Shown here piece after piece: positions 14,999-23,134 of a DNA stretch of 32,840 bases. Source of the stretch: a virus. The DNA lies in the IMG/VR virus record IMGVR_UViG_3300031760_000343. One strand, given 5' to 3'. The notes under the pieces were generated by a model. That model searched no databases. It was not told the DNA's origin and saw only the letters and a program-made list of their open reading frames with translations. The position numbers were made by a program, and so were the translations under genes. The first letter of the stretch is position 1; every line of letters begins with the position of its first letter.

Positions 14999-15912
14999 GG
15001 ATAGGGTTGATAGATGTTGACGGTCATAATTTTCCGAATTTAGCGTTAATGAGAATATCAGCATATCACAAGCAACAGGGCGATATCGTAGAGTGGTGGG
15101 CAACTGATTTTGAATACTATGACAAGGTTTATATGTCAAAGATATTTAGTAACCAATATTCACCTGATGTTCAAGACCCTATAAACTGTGGAGAGGTTAT
15201 AAAAGGTGGCACAGGGTATAATATTACTCTTGGTTCAGACGGTAAAGAACACTTTGACAAAGGCAATCATAAGAACTTACCGCCTGAGATAGAAAAGATG
15301 TTTCCTGACTACAGCATATATCCTCAGTTTGATTTTGCTGTAAGCATGACAAGTAGAGGATGCCCGAGAGGTTGTTCATTTTGTCATGTTGCTGCAAAAG
15401 AGGGAAGATGCTCTGTAAAGGTTGCAGATGTATCCGACTTCTGGAACGGGCAAAAAGAAATTAGAATCCTTGACCCGAATATCACAGCTTGCCGAGATAA
15501 ACGTGATCTGATGAAACAGTACATTGAAACAGGTGCAATTCTTGACTTTACGCAGGGTCTTGATATCAGATTGTTGAATAATGACGATATAGCTGATATC
15601 AATAAAATGCGCCTGCGAACATTACACTTTGCATGGGACAACCCCGAGGACGATCTTGAAAGTAAATTCACGAATTTTGCAAAGGAATTCAGACGTAAAT
15701 CGAATATCGGAATGGTGTACTGTCTGACAAACTACAATAGCACACTGGAACAGGATTTATACCGCATATATACTCTGCGTGATTTGGGGTATGATCCGTA
15801 TGTGATGATTTACAATAAACTAAATGCACCACAAACAATCAAGCGACTTCAACGATGGTGCAATAACAAAATTATATTCAAATCTTGCAGAAAGTTTGAG
15901 GATTACAAATGA
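14995..15912 (+). CDS. Radical SAM enzyme (B12-binding-like N-terminus)
   Basis: SRGCPRGCSFCHV contains the canonical CX3CX2C motif. The N-terminus is MRIGLIDVDGHNFPNLALMRISAYHKQQG. The gene looks more A/T-rich than its neighbours by eye. Confidence 0.8.
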   Translation: MRIGLIDVDGHNFPNLALMRISAYHKQQGDIVEWWATDFEYYDKVYMSKIFSNQYSPDVQDPINCGEVIKGGTGYNITLGSDGKEHFDKGNHKNLPPEIEKMFPDYSIYPQFDFAVSMTSRGCPRGCSFCHVAAKEGRCSVKVADVSDFWNGQKEIRILDPNITACRDKRDLMKQYIETGAILDFTQGLDIRLLNNDDIADINKMRLRTLHFAWDNPEDDLESKFTNFAKEFRRKSNIGMVYCLTNYNSTLEQDLYRIYTLRDLGYDPYVMIYNKLNAPQTIKRLQRWCNNKIIFKSCRKFEDYK

Positions 15913-16151
15913 GGAAGAAAAACACAAAGCGCAAGGGTGATAAGTACGAAGAACATTGTGCAAGAAAGCTCAGATTCAGAGGATGCATAGTCGAAAGAAT
16001 CGGGGCAAGCGGTGACTTCGGAGCTGACCTGATTATAAAGACTTTCTTCTTCCGCAGGCTTGCAATAGTCCAGTGTAAGTATCTCACAGGAGAGACAGCG
16101 AAAGTCGGAACGAAAGCGATGCAAGATCAGATAGGAGGAAGCTATGAATGA
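15909..16151 (+). CDS. Mini Mrr-cat-like PD-(D/E)XK nuclease domain protein (80 aa)
   Basis: GDKYEEHCARKL ... GASGDFGADLII ... AIVQCKYL ... VGTKAMQD fits the Mrr restriction endonuclease catalytic core, but the C-terminal half is missing. There is an ATGA overlap with the radical SAM gene. Confidence 0.55.
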   Translation: MRKKNTKRKGDKYEEHCARKLRFRGCIVERIGASGDFGADLIIKTFFFRRLAIVQCKYLTGETAKVGTKAMQDQIGGSYE

Positions 16152-16338
16152 TACGGAGATCATCAGAAAAGCAGTTGAGACTATTCAGAGGCTCGGCTCA
16201 TCAGCTCAGGACTGCAAGAGCTGCGCAAGACTTACGCTCTGCAATGCTTATCAGGACGGTGACAGCTTCCACGGCTGCGATTATAAGTGGATCCATGCAG
16301 ATGCTGCGGAGGGCCTGATAAATGGAGAGACTGACTGA
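16144..16338 (+). CDS. Hypothetical Cys-rich small protein
   Basis: SD AGGAGGA. Cysteine motifs CKSC...C...GC. Confidence 0.55.
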   Translation: MNDTEIIRKAVETIQRLGSSAQDCKSCARLTLCNAYQDGDSFHGCDYKWIHADAAEGLINGETD

Positions 16339-16510
16339 CAGGGACACGGCCGAAGCTCTGAGGGCGAACGCTGAGAAGCTGCTCTCAAAGGGTATGCAAG
16401 TCAATATATCAGATCTACGGTACATTAAGCTTGCAGGCTACGAAAACGAACAAGAACGAAGAGAAATGATTAACCCAGCCGTTGACGATATCGACGGCTG
16501 GTATGAGTAG
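16322..16510 (+). CDS. Hypothetical small protein
   Basis: 62-aa ORF overlapping its upstream neighbour by 17 nt. Confidence 0.5.
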   Translation: MERLTDRDTAEALRANAEKLLSKGMQVNISDLRYIKLAGYENEQERREMINPAVDDIDGWYE

Positions 16511-16521
16511 GAGGAATATAA

Positions 16522-16821
16522 ATGACACGTTTACAGGAAGTTGAACAACTGCTTGACAGTAATCTACAGCTTATCACAGATTACAGCAAGCGAATTGCAG
16601 AGCTTATAGGCAGCGTCAGAGTGCTCGAAAAAGAGCGTGATAAGCTGACAAAGAAAAACAGAGGAGTAGAGATCGTCCGCTGTAAGGACTGCGTGAAACT
16701 TAACCGTCACGACTGCCCTATGTGCTACATAGAAAATAAGACATTGCAGTTTGCTGAGGTCAAGCCGAATTTTTATTGCGGCAAAGGCAGCCTTAGTGAG
16801 GAGGTGAGAGAGAATGACTGA
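16522..16821 (+). CDS. Hypothetical protein (coiled-coil plus Cys cluster)
   Basis: SD AGGAGGAA. Cysteine motifs CKDC...CPMC...C. Confidence 0.6.
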   Translation: MTRLQEVEQLLDSNLQLITDYSKRIAELIGSVRVLEKERDKLTKKNRGVEIVRCKDCVKLNRHDCPMCYIENKTLQFAEVKPNFYCGKGSLSEEVREND

Positions 16822-17074
16822 CACAGATATGCTGTATATGGCAGCTCAGGAAAAGAGAATCAATGAACTGTCAGAGGAAAATAAAATACTGATGAGCGAA
16901 GCTGACAGACTCATCAAGGAAAAGGGACAGCTCATGAAAACTAATGAGGAAATGAAGCAGCTGCTCTGCAAGCTGAGGCCGATACTGCGGAAGGCGTTCT
17001 TTGCACATTATGAGCAGACCAACAAGGCTAATGAGCTGTATGATAAGATAACGGAGATCGTGGGGAAGGAGTAA
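16814..17074 (+). CDS. Hypothetical coiled-coil protein
   Basis: SD GAGGAGGTGAG. 86 aa, helical and charged. Confidence 0.6.
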   Translation: MTDTDMLYMAAQEKRINELSEENKILMSEADRLIKEKGQLMKTNEEMKQLLCKLRPILRKAFFAHYEQTNKANELYDKITEIVGKE

Positions 17075-17078
17075 AGCC

Positions 17079-17426
17079 ATGGATAATCTGAACATAATCA
17101 AAGATAGCGCGGAGCTGAGAAAACTGATAACCGAAAATCCTGAACTGCCTATTGTTGTTATGGTAGGCCAGGAAGCAGCAGCCTCAGAATGGTGCTGGAC
17201 ATACTGCACGGATGTACGCTGCGGAATTGGAGAGGTACTTGATCATGAGGTACCGTGGAACGATGAACAGATCTATGATGATAAGACAGAATTCGAGGAA
17301 GATCTATGGGACTATCTTTCCGATTTTGCGGACACAGTTCCCGAACTTGAAGAGGAGTTCAAGAGGAGCAAAGAGGATTATGCACAGCACTGGCACAAGG
17401 CTATTATAGTCAGAGCTGATAATTGA
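17079..17426 (+). CDS. Hypothetical acidic protein
   Basis: SD GAAGGAG. 115 aa. Confidence 0.6.
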   Translation: MDNLNIIKDSAELRKLITENPELPIVVMVGQEAAASEWCWTYCTDVRCGIGEVLDHEVPWNDEQIYDDKTEFEEDLWDYLSDFADTVPELEEEFKRSKEDYAQHWHKAIIVRADN

Positions 17427-17438
17427 GGAGGCTGAATC

Positions 17439-17561
17439 ATGAAAACAGTACGTGATTTAATTTTGATTTTACTTGATGTGGACTATTATCGGACTTTTTC
17501 GGATACCTTCTGGAATATGCAGCATTTATCTGCTGATATGATCCTCGGAGGTGAATACTGA
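17439..17561 (+). CDS. Micro-ORF (40 aa)
   Basis: SD GAGGAGG with 7-nt spacing. Its stop overlaps the next start (TGATG). Confidence 0.4.
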   Translation: MKTVRDLILILLDVDYYRTFSDTFWNMQHLSADMILGGEY

Positions 17562-17662
17562 TGCTGCTTAGAATAATTCTCGGCGGACTGTGTGCAATGG
17601 TCTGCTATTGGATGGGCTACTTTACGGCTGCTTTTTTTGCAGGAAGGGGTGACGATTCATGA
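17561..17662 (+). CDS. Micro-ORF (33 aa), hydrophobic
   Basis: SD GGAGGTG. Product LRIILGGLCAMVCYWMGYFTAAFFA. Its stop overlaps the next start (ATGA). Confidence 0.4.
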   Translation: MLLRIILGGLCAMVCYWMGYFTAAFFAGRGDDS

Positions 17663-17835
17663 TATGGGACGAGTACTTGAAAGACAGAAAGTATGCGATC
17701 CGAAACGCATACAACGGCACGTACATACACAAGACGCTGTTCCGGGTGCGAGTGTTCCACGACCGCAAGGACGCACTTAAGTACATCCGCAAGTGCGGCA
17801 TGAATGAGAAAATCTATGAGGTGGTGGAGATATGA
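17659..17835 (+). CDS. Hypothetical small protein (58 aa)
   Basis: The frame is coupled to both neighbours by ATGA overlaps. It is preferred over the out-of-frame track ORF 17592..17780. Confidence 0.45.
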   Translation: MIWDEYLKDRKYAIRNAYNGTYIHKTLFRVRVFHDRKDALKYIRKCGMNEKIYEVVEI

Positions 17836-18260
17836 CAGAGAAAGAACTTGATCTCAGGCACTGGCTGAACCGTGCCTTTTACGCAGACAAAAAAGCAAAG
17901 GCGCTCGATATGCTCGTATCGCAGTGCAGGGAACGCGCTACAGGGCTTGTGAGATATTCAGAGGGTAATGATACCGGTAAGAGCGGCACGTCAAAAAACG
18001 GCACTGAGAGCGCTCTGATGAAGCTTGCGGAAATGGAAGAGAAGGCAGAATGTCAGAAAGCCGAAGCGGTCAAGGTATCAGCTGAGATACAGGATGCGAT
18101 ATCGATGCTGCACGATGATGATCTCGAAGCTGTGCTGATTCACAGGTATCTTAACTTCCTGACTATTGAGCAGACTGCTGAGATAATGAACTATCATCCT
18201 AACACTGTGAAAGCAAAAGTTAAGACTGCGGTACAGAAAATATGTACCGAAATGTCTTGA
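17832..18260 (+). CDS. Late-gene transcriptional activator (sigma-70 region 4 / RinA-ArpU-like)
   Basis: The C-terminus LEAVLIHRYLNFLTIEQTAEIMNYHPNTVKAKVKTAVQKI resembles a sigma region 4 HTH. It is the last gene before the packaging module. Confidence 0.6.
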   Translation: MTEKELDLRHWLNRAFYADKKAKALDMLVSQCRERATGLVRYSEGNDTGKSGTSKNGTESALMKLAEMEEKAECQKAEAVKVSAEIQDAISMLHDDDLEAVLIHRYLNFLTIEQTAEIMNYHPNTVKAKVKTAVQKICTEMS

Positions 18261-18439
18261 AATGTCCTATTCCCATGAGTAAAATGGTAGTATAGAAAGC
18301 AGGCGGAAAGCAGTTGCACAGGGCTTTACTGCGGTAGCAATGCCGCAGTTCTCTCCGCCTTGCCTCTATGGTATTCCGACACTCTCATTTATTTTCCATC
18401 TTTTTCCCGACTGTCGCATCCCCACGGTCGGGGTTCCCT

Positions 18440-18517
18440 GGCAGAGTAGAGCAAGTGTGGCAGCTCGCGAGGTTCATACCCTCGAGGTTACGGGTTCGAG
18501 TCCTGTCTCTGCAACCA
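18440..18517 (+). tRNA. tRNA with CAT anticodon (Met, or Ile2 if lysidinylated), CCA encoded
   Basis: Hand-folded cloverleaf. The acceptor stem ggcagag/ctctgca has 6 of 7 pairs, with G1-A72 mismatched. The D stem is gagc/gctc. The anticodon stem is cgagg/cctcg with loop ttCATac. The variable loop is 5 nt. The T arm is acggg-ttcgagt-cctgt. The discriminator is A, followed by CCA. Confidence 0.7.
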
Positions 18518-18608
18518 CCGGAATCATGTAGTTGGACATACCTCGTTTGATTTTTTTCACAGATGTACCGTCTCGCTGAGGCGGTATTTCTGTTATAGGA
18601 GCATTCGT

Positions 18609-18998
18609 ATGAAAAAGGCGTGTGTTTATTGTGGGAAAGTCCACAGCAAGGGTGAGAACTGTGATAAGCGTCCTAAGAATACATACGGAGAACGCGGCAA
18701 CAGAGAAGATCTGTTTCGTTGGTCCTACGCTTGGAAGTGCAAGAGAGAGCATATTCTGAAAAGGGATATATATCTTTGCCGTGCTTGTTTTGAGAATCTG
18801 CCGTTTACTGTTCGCAGATTCAACAGCGAAGAGTTGTCAGTGCATCACATTCAGTCGCTGAAAACAAACTGGGAACTGCGTCTCGAAGATGAAAACCTTA
18901 TCACGCTGTGCAGAGCACATCACGAACTGGCGGAAAGCGGTGAGATACCTGCCGAAAAACTGTTAAAAATTGTAAAAAACACTCCCCCCAGGGGGTAG
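18609..18998 (+). CDS. HNH endonuclease (packaging-associated)
   Basis: CxxC pairs and HHIQSLKTNWELRLEDENLITLCRAHHELAE. The gene lies immediately upstream of the terminase genes. Confidence 0.85.
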   Translation: MKKACVYCGKVHSKGENCDKRPKNTYGERGNREDLFRWSYAWKCKREHILKRDIYLCRACFENLPFTVRRFNSEELSVHHIQSLKTNWELRLEDENLITLCRAHHELAESGEIPAEKLLKIVKNTPPRG

Positions 18999-19061
18999 CG
19001 GCTCTCAGGGGGAGGGCAGCTGTCCAACGACGCCCCCCTCTGAAAATAAAATATTCCCTAA

Positions 19062-19532
19062 ATGAAAGGACGTGAGAGCGTGGCAAGACCAGCGATGAGC
19101 CCAAAACTTACATCGAAGCACTTGACAAAGGCGGAGATTGAAGCGAAATCAACTACTGAGGACAAGCTGAAAGGCACGTCTGACGAGTTCATACCTCCCG
19201 AGTATCTCACGCCCTCTCAGATCAGTATATTTGATTACATCGTGAAGAATCTTGAAGCCTCAGGAATCCTCGGCAACCTCGATGTCTATGTTCTTGCCGA
19301 ATGCAGCATATGTATCGATCGCATGCAGGAGATTGAGCGGACTATCAATGAAGCCGGTTCGATTATTCCTTCGCTCGTTAGGCTCAAAGAGACGTACACG
19401 AAAGCGTTCTTCCGATACTGCAACGAGCTGAGTCTCAGCCCTCAGAGCAGGGCAAAGCTTGCAAATATCAACGCTCAGACAACAGCCGCGGACGAGAATC
19501 CGCTGCTTAAAATTCTTAGTGATGATGAATAA
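19062..19532 (+). CDS. terS: Terminase small subunit, P27 family
   Basis: The features PPEYLT, QISIFDYIVKNLEASGIL and YVLAECSICIDRMQE fit the P27-family pattern. The start is uncertain (ATG 19062, GTG 19080 or ATG 19095). Confidence 0.75.
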   Translation: MKGRESVARPAMSPKLTSKHLTKAEIEAKSTTEDKLKGTSDEFIPPEYLTPSQISIFDYIVKNLEASGILGNLDVYVLAECSICIDRMQEIERTINEAGSIIPSLVRLKETYTKAFFRYCNELSLSPQSRAKLANINAQTTAADENPLLKILSDDE

Positions 19533-21249
19533 AAAGGAGCTGACAGCAATTGACATAGTGAAGAAAAGCCGAGCCTATAAATATGCTCTTTGGGCTGCCG
19601 AACCCGATAATCATTATGTCGGCCGTTATGTAAAGCTCCAGGCGGTGCAATGGCTCGAGATCGCAGACGGTAAGAGCGAGGATGCTTACGTTTGTGAGAA
19701 GCACTGGAAGAAAATAACGAAGCTGCTGAAGATCATCATGCATCCTGATCTTGGTCATTCCATGTATGAGGGACTTGAAGACTACGCAGTTTTATTCATA
19801 TATGCCCTTTTCTGTACGAAACGACGTACTGACCGTCTCAGATACTACGAGACAGGGCTTTTAGAGATCGCGAGAAAGAACTTCAAGACGTTCACCTCAG
19901 CGGTCATTTTTATTATCGGACTGCTGACGGAACCGCAGTTCAGCCGCTTTTTCGGCGTGGCTCCAGACCTGAAGCTTTCAAGCGAGCTGCATATCGCAGT
20001 AAAGAAGATCATTAAGTCAAGCCCCTGTCTGGCTGATGAGAAGATATTCAAGCTCATGCGTAAGGAAATACGCTGCAAGCTGACTGAATCGGAGTACACT
20101 CCTCTCGCTTATTCACAGGACAGAATGGACGGCAAGCTTGCAAATATGTTCCTTGCGGACGAGTGCGGAGCTATGGACAACTACCCTATAGAAGCTATGC
20201 GGTCCTCTCAGATCGTACTCAGGGAAAAGCTTGGTATCATCATATCAACTCAGTATCCTAACGATAACAATGCTATGATCGAGGAGATAGATAATGCGAA
20301 GAAGATCCTCGACAAGCTTCGCAGCGGTAAGGTGTTTGCACTGCTGTACGAGCCTGATGATGAATACAAGACGGGAGACAAATGGAAGACCGAGGATATT
20401 GCTTTATATCAGGCTAATCCTGTAGCCTATGCTCATGAGTATATCATGGATGATCTCCGGCAGAAGCGTCAGGCGGCTATAGACTACGAAAATAAGCGTG
20501 AGAACTTTCTCTGCAAACACATGAATATCCTCTACAAGAGCCTTGGTGTTGAGGGATTTGTTGAAATAACCAAGGTCAGACTGTGCTCAGTTCCTGAGGA
20601 TGCAGAGTTCTGGAGGGGCAGACGGGTATATATCGGACTTGACCTATCGCAGACCGATGATAATACGTCCGTAGCAATAGCCACTTATGACGCTGACGAA
20701 GATCTGATATACGTAAAAGTCTGGGGATTTATCCCGGCTGAAAAGCTTGAAGAGAAGTCTGAACGAGAAAAAGTGGACTATAAGAAGCTTATTGAGGACG
20801 GCGAGTGCTTTGCCTGCGGTGACGAGGTCATTGATTACGGCTTTGTTGAGGCTTTTATACAGTCACTGCCAGAGAGATATGGAGTTGAGATAGTTCAGCT
20901 GGGTTTTGACCGGTACAATGCTATATCCACAGTCCAGAAGCTCGAAAGCAGCGAGGATCCTATCGAGTGCGTTGAGATCAAACAGCACAGCAGTGTGCTG
21001 CACCGTCCTACAAAGCTCCTCAGGGAACGGATACTCAGTCAGAAATTCAGATACGATAAAAATCATATGCTTGAGATAAACTTCCAGAATGCCCGATGCA
21101 CAAGGGACACAAACCTGAATCAGTACGTCAACAAGAAGAAGTCAGCTGGCAAGGTGGATATGGTCGTATCGATCATTAATGCGCTGTTCCTGCTGCAAGT
21201 GGACGTACTGGACAACATCGAGCAGAGCTTTGGATGTCAGATAATTTGA
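19522..21249 (+). CDS. terL: Terminase large subunit
   Basis: 575 aa from ATG 19522, overlapping the terS stop codon. The ATPase and nuclease halves are typical of Terminase_1-type proteins that partner P27 terS and HNH. The track start 19459 lies inside terS. Confidence 0.8.
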   Translation: MMNKKELTAIDIVKKSRAYKYALWAAEPDNHYVGRYVKLQAVQWLEIADGKSEDAYVCEKHWKKITKLLKIIMHPDLGHSMYEGLEDYAVLFIYALFCTKRRTDRLRYYETGLLEIARKNFKTFTSAVIFIIGLLTEPQFSRFFGVAPDLKLSSELHIAVKKIIKSSPCLADEKIFKLMRKEIRCKLTESEYTPLAYSQDRMDGKLANMFLADECGAMDNYPIEAMRSSQIVLREKLGIIISTQYPNDNNAMIEEIDNAKKILDKLRSGKVFALLYEPDDEYKTGDKWKTEDIALYQANPVAYAHEYIMDDLRQKRQAAIDYENKRENFLCKHMNILYKSLGVEGFVEITKVRLCSVPEDAEFWRGRRVYIGLDLSQTDDNTSVAIATYDADEDLIYVKVWGFIPAEKLEEKSEREKVDYKKLIEDGECFACGDEVIDYGFVEAFIQSLPERYGVEIVQLGFDRYNAISTVQKLESSEDPIECVEIKQHSSVLHRPTKLLRERILSQKFRYDKNHMLEINFQNARCTRDTNLNQYVNKKKSAGKVDMVVSIINALFLLQVDVLDNIEQSFGCQII

Positions 21250-21255
21250 AAGGAA

Positions 21256-22887
21256 GTGGTCACAATAGGACTTTTCAGACGTAAAAAGAAACAGGAAATA
21301 AGAGCAGATACTGTTCAGAATGCAGAGACATCTATACTGACGTTCTTCGGTATCACCGGGGAGCTTACTCGTGAAGCTGCTCTCAGTATACCAACAGTAT
21401 CAGCCTGCATCAACAAGGTCGGAGAGACAATATCACGGCTTCCTGTGAAGCTTTACCGCAAGGACGAAGAAGAAGTCACGGAAATATATGATGATCCGCG
21501 TATAAAGCTGCTGAACGGCAGCACCGGCGATACACTGAGCACTGTTGATATGTGGAAAGCAGCTGTCGAGGACTACTATCTCGGCCGCGGAGCCTGGATA
21601 TACGTCAACAGTGACAGCCTGAGCGTCAGGAGCCTGCACTATGTGGACAGCCGCAGTGTCAGTATACTCTGCAACACGGATCCGATATTCAAGGCTTTCC
21701 GAGTTCAGATAAACGCACAGACGTATTATGACTTCCAGTTCGTCAAGCTGCTGCGCAAAACTCGTGACGGATATACAAATATTCCGCTGCAAGAGGAAGC
21801 ATCATCGATACTATCAGCTGCATGGAACGCTCTGAAGCTCGAAAACATGATGAACTCCAACGGCGGATGCAAACCGGGCTTCCTGAAATCGAAGAACAGG
21901 CTCTCGGATGCGGCAATAGCTGCTATCAAGGAAGGATATCAGAAGGTCTATGACAACGAGGAGAAGCGTGATAAGATCGTCGTACTGAATGACGGTGTAG
22001 ACTTCGAGGCTATTTCTTCAACGGCGGCAGAGCTTCAGATGAACGAGAACAAGAAGACCAACAGTATTGAAATATGCAAGCTGTTTGGCTTCCCTCATAC
22101 GGTCATTGACGGCGGCGCTTCCGAGGACGACAACAAGAAGTTTATTTCTGCGGTCATATCCCTCCTGAATCAGATAGAAACGGAGCTTGACAACGTTCTG
22201 CTGCTTGAATCAGAGAAGGAGCAGGGCTATTACTGGGCATTTGATACGAAAGAACTGACACGCGGCAGCATGAAGGAGCGCTACGATGCTTATGAAGTCG
22301 CTGTCCGCAATAATATCCTTCAGATAGACGAGATACGCCGTGAAGAGGACTATGAACCGCTCGGCTTCAACTTCGTCAAACTGGGACTCCAGGACGTTCT
22401 CCTCAATCCTGAGACTATGGACGTATTCACACCGAATACAGGACAGACAAAGAACCTGAAAACAGGCGAAGAGAGAGCAAGAGGAGACAGCTGGACTAAA
22501 GGAGCACACGGTTACTTTACCGGAAGCAAAGGATCAGGCGGCAGTTCTTCCAGCGGAGCAGGTGGAAAATCCGGGAAAAGTGTTGACAAATCTCAGAAAA
22601 GTGGTATAATAAAAGCAACACCAGAGCAACGCAAAAAGTTTATAAAAGACATTAAAGGTACAAAAGCAGCAGACGGAACTGTTATTCAGTCAATGATACC
22701 GCATACTGCTGATCGTATGATTGAAAGAGGAATATCTTCCGGTACTGTAAAAGATGTTTTAAGCAATCCAACAAGTACATATCCTGGAAATAAGCCTAAT
22801 CGCAAGTGTGTCCAGAAGGGCAATATCAGATTAGTTTATGAAACTTCCGGTCTAATGATCACGGCTATACTCTTGGAGGGTGATTAA
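21256..22887 (+). CDS. Portal protein (HK97 family) with Gly/Ser linker and C-terminal DUF4258/BrnT-like domain
   Basis: 543 aa. The portal core runs to about residue 415. The linker GSKGSGGSSSSGAGGKSGKS follows, then IPHTADRMIERGISSGTVKDVLSNP...IRLVYETSGLMITAIL. The GTG start is poorly spaced from its SD. Confidence 0.8.
   Translation: MVTIGLFRRKKKQEIRADTVQNAETSILTFFGITGELTREAALSIPTVSACINKVGETISRLPVKLYRKDEEEVTEIYDDPRIKLLNGSTGDTLSTVDMWKAAVEDYYLGRGAWIYVNSDSLSVRSLHYVDSRSVSILCNTDPIFKAFRVQINAQTYYDFQFVKLLRKTRDGYTNIPLQEEASSILSAAWNALKLENMMNSNGGCKPGFLKSKNRLSDAAIAAIKEGYQKVYDNEEKRDKIVVLNDGVDFEAISSTAAELQMNENKKTNSIEICKLFGFPHTVIDGGASEDDNKKFISAVISLLNQIETELDNVLLLESEKEQGYYWAFDTKELTRGSMKERYDAYEVAVRNNILQIDEIRREEDYEPLGFNFVKLGLQDVLLNPETMDVFTPNTGQTKNLKTGEERARGDSWTKGAHGYFTGSKGSGGSSSSGAGGKSGKSVDKSQKSGIIKATPEQRKKFIKDIKGTKAADGTVIQSMIPHTADRMIERGISSGTVKDVLSNPTSTYPGNKPNRKCVQKGNIRLVYETSGLMITAILLEGD
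22583..22610 (+). promoter_or_regulatory. Consensus promoter embedded in the portal linker-coding region
   Basis: TTGACA (22583..22588), a 16-nt spacer, then the extended -10 TGgTATAAT (22602..22610). Confidence 0.55.
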
Positions 22888-23124
22888 ATGAAAACGTTGA
22901 ATTCAAAACAGCTTGAATTTCTGAAAAATGAATTCGGGATAACTGAAATAGATTATTCCGATAAGAAAGCAGTTGAAGAGATTCGTTTGAAGTGTTTTGA
23001 CATTGAAACAGATGAAAGCTATGAAAACTTTATGGCTGGCGATGATACTTCATCATCTATCGGCAAAAGAGGCGATATGGCTGTATCTATCATCGATGAT
23101 TTGTATAGCATTATTCACGCATAA
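22888..23124 (+). CDS. Small acidic protein, candidate immunity partner of the portal C-terminal domain
   Basis: 78 aa. SD GGAGGG with 7-nt spacing. The gene starts immediately after the portal stop codon. It is A/T-rich and is followed by a terminator. Confidence 0.6.
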   Translation: MKTLNSKQLEFLKNEFGITEIDYSDKKAVEEIRLKCFDIETDESYENFMAGDDTSSSIGKRGDMAVSIIDDLYSIIHA

Positions 23125-23134
23125 ATAACAAATT

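Noticed and set aside
17592-17780. 62-aa track ORF
   Set aside because: It is out of frame with the chain of coupled ORFs, has no SD, and has an Arg/Pro/Gly-rich C-terminus. Frame 17659..17835 is preferred.
18340-18550. Two overlapping track ORFs (63 aa and 60 aa) in the late-activator/HNH intergenic region
   Set aside because: They overlap the tRNA cloverleaf and each other, lack SDs, and have low-complexity, Pro/Ser/Arg-rich products.
19459-19521. The upstream extensions of terL (19459) and of the major tail protein (26526)
   Set aside because: Both extensions lie inside the preceding genes in another frame. The internal starts 19522 and 26664 fit gene packing, and 26664 also fits an SD.
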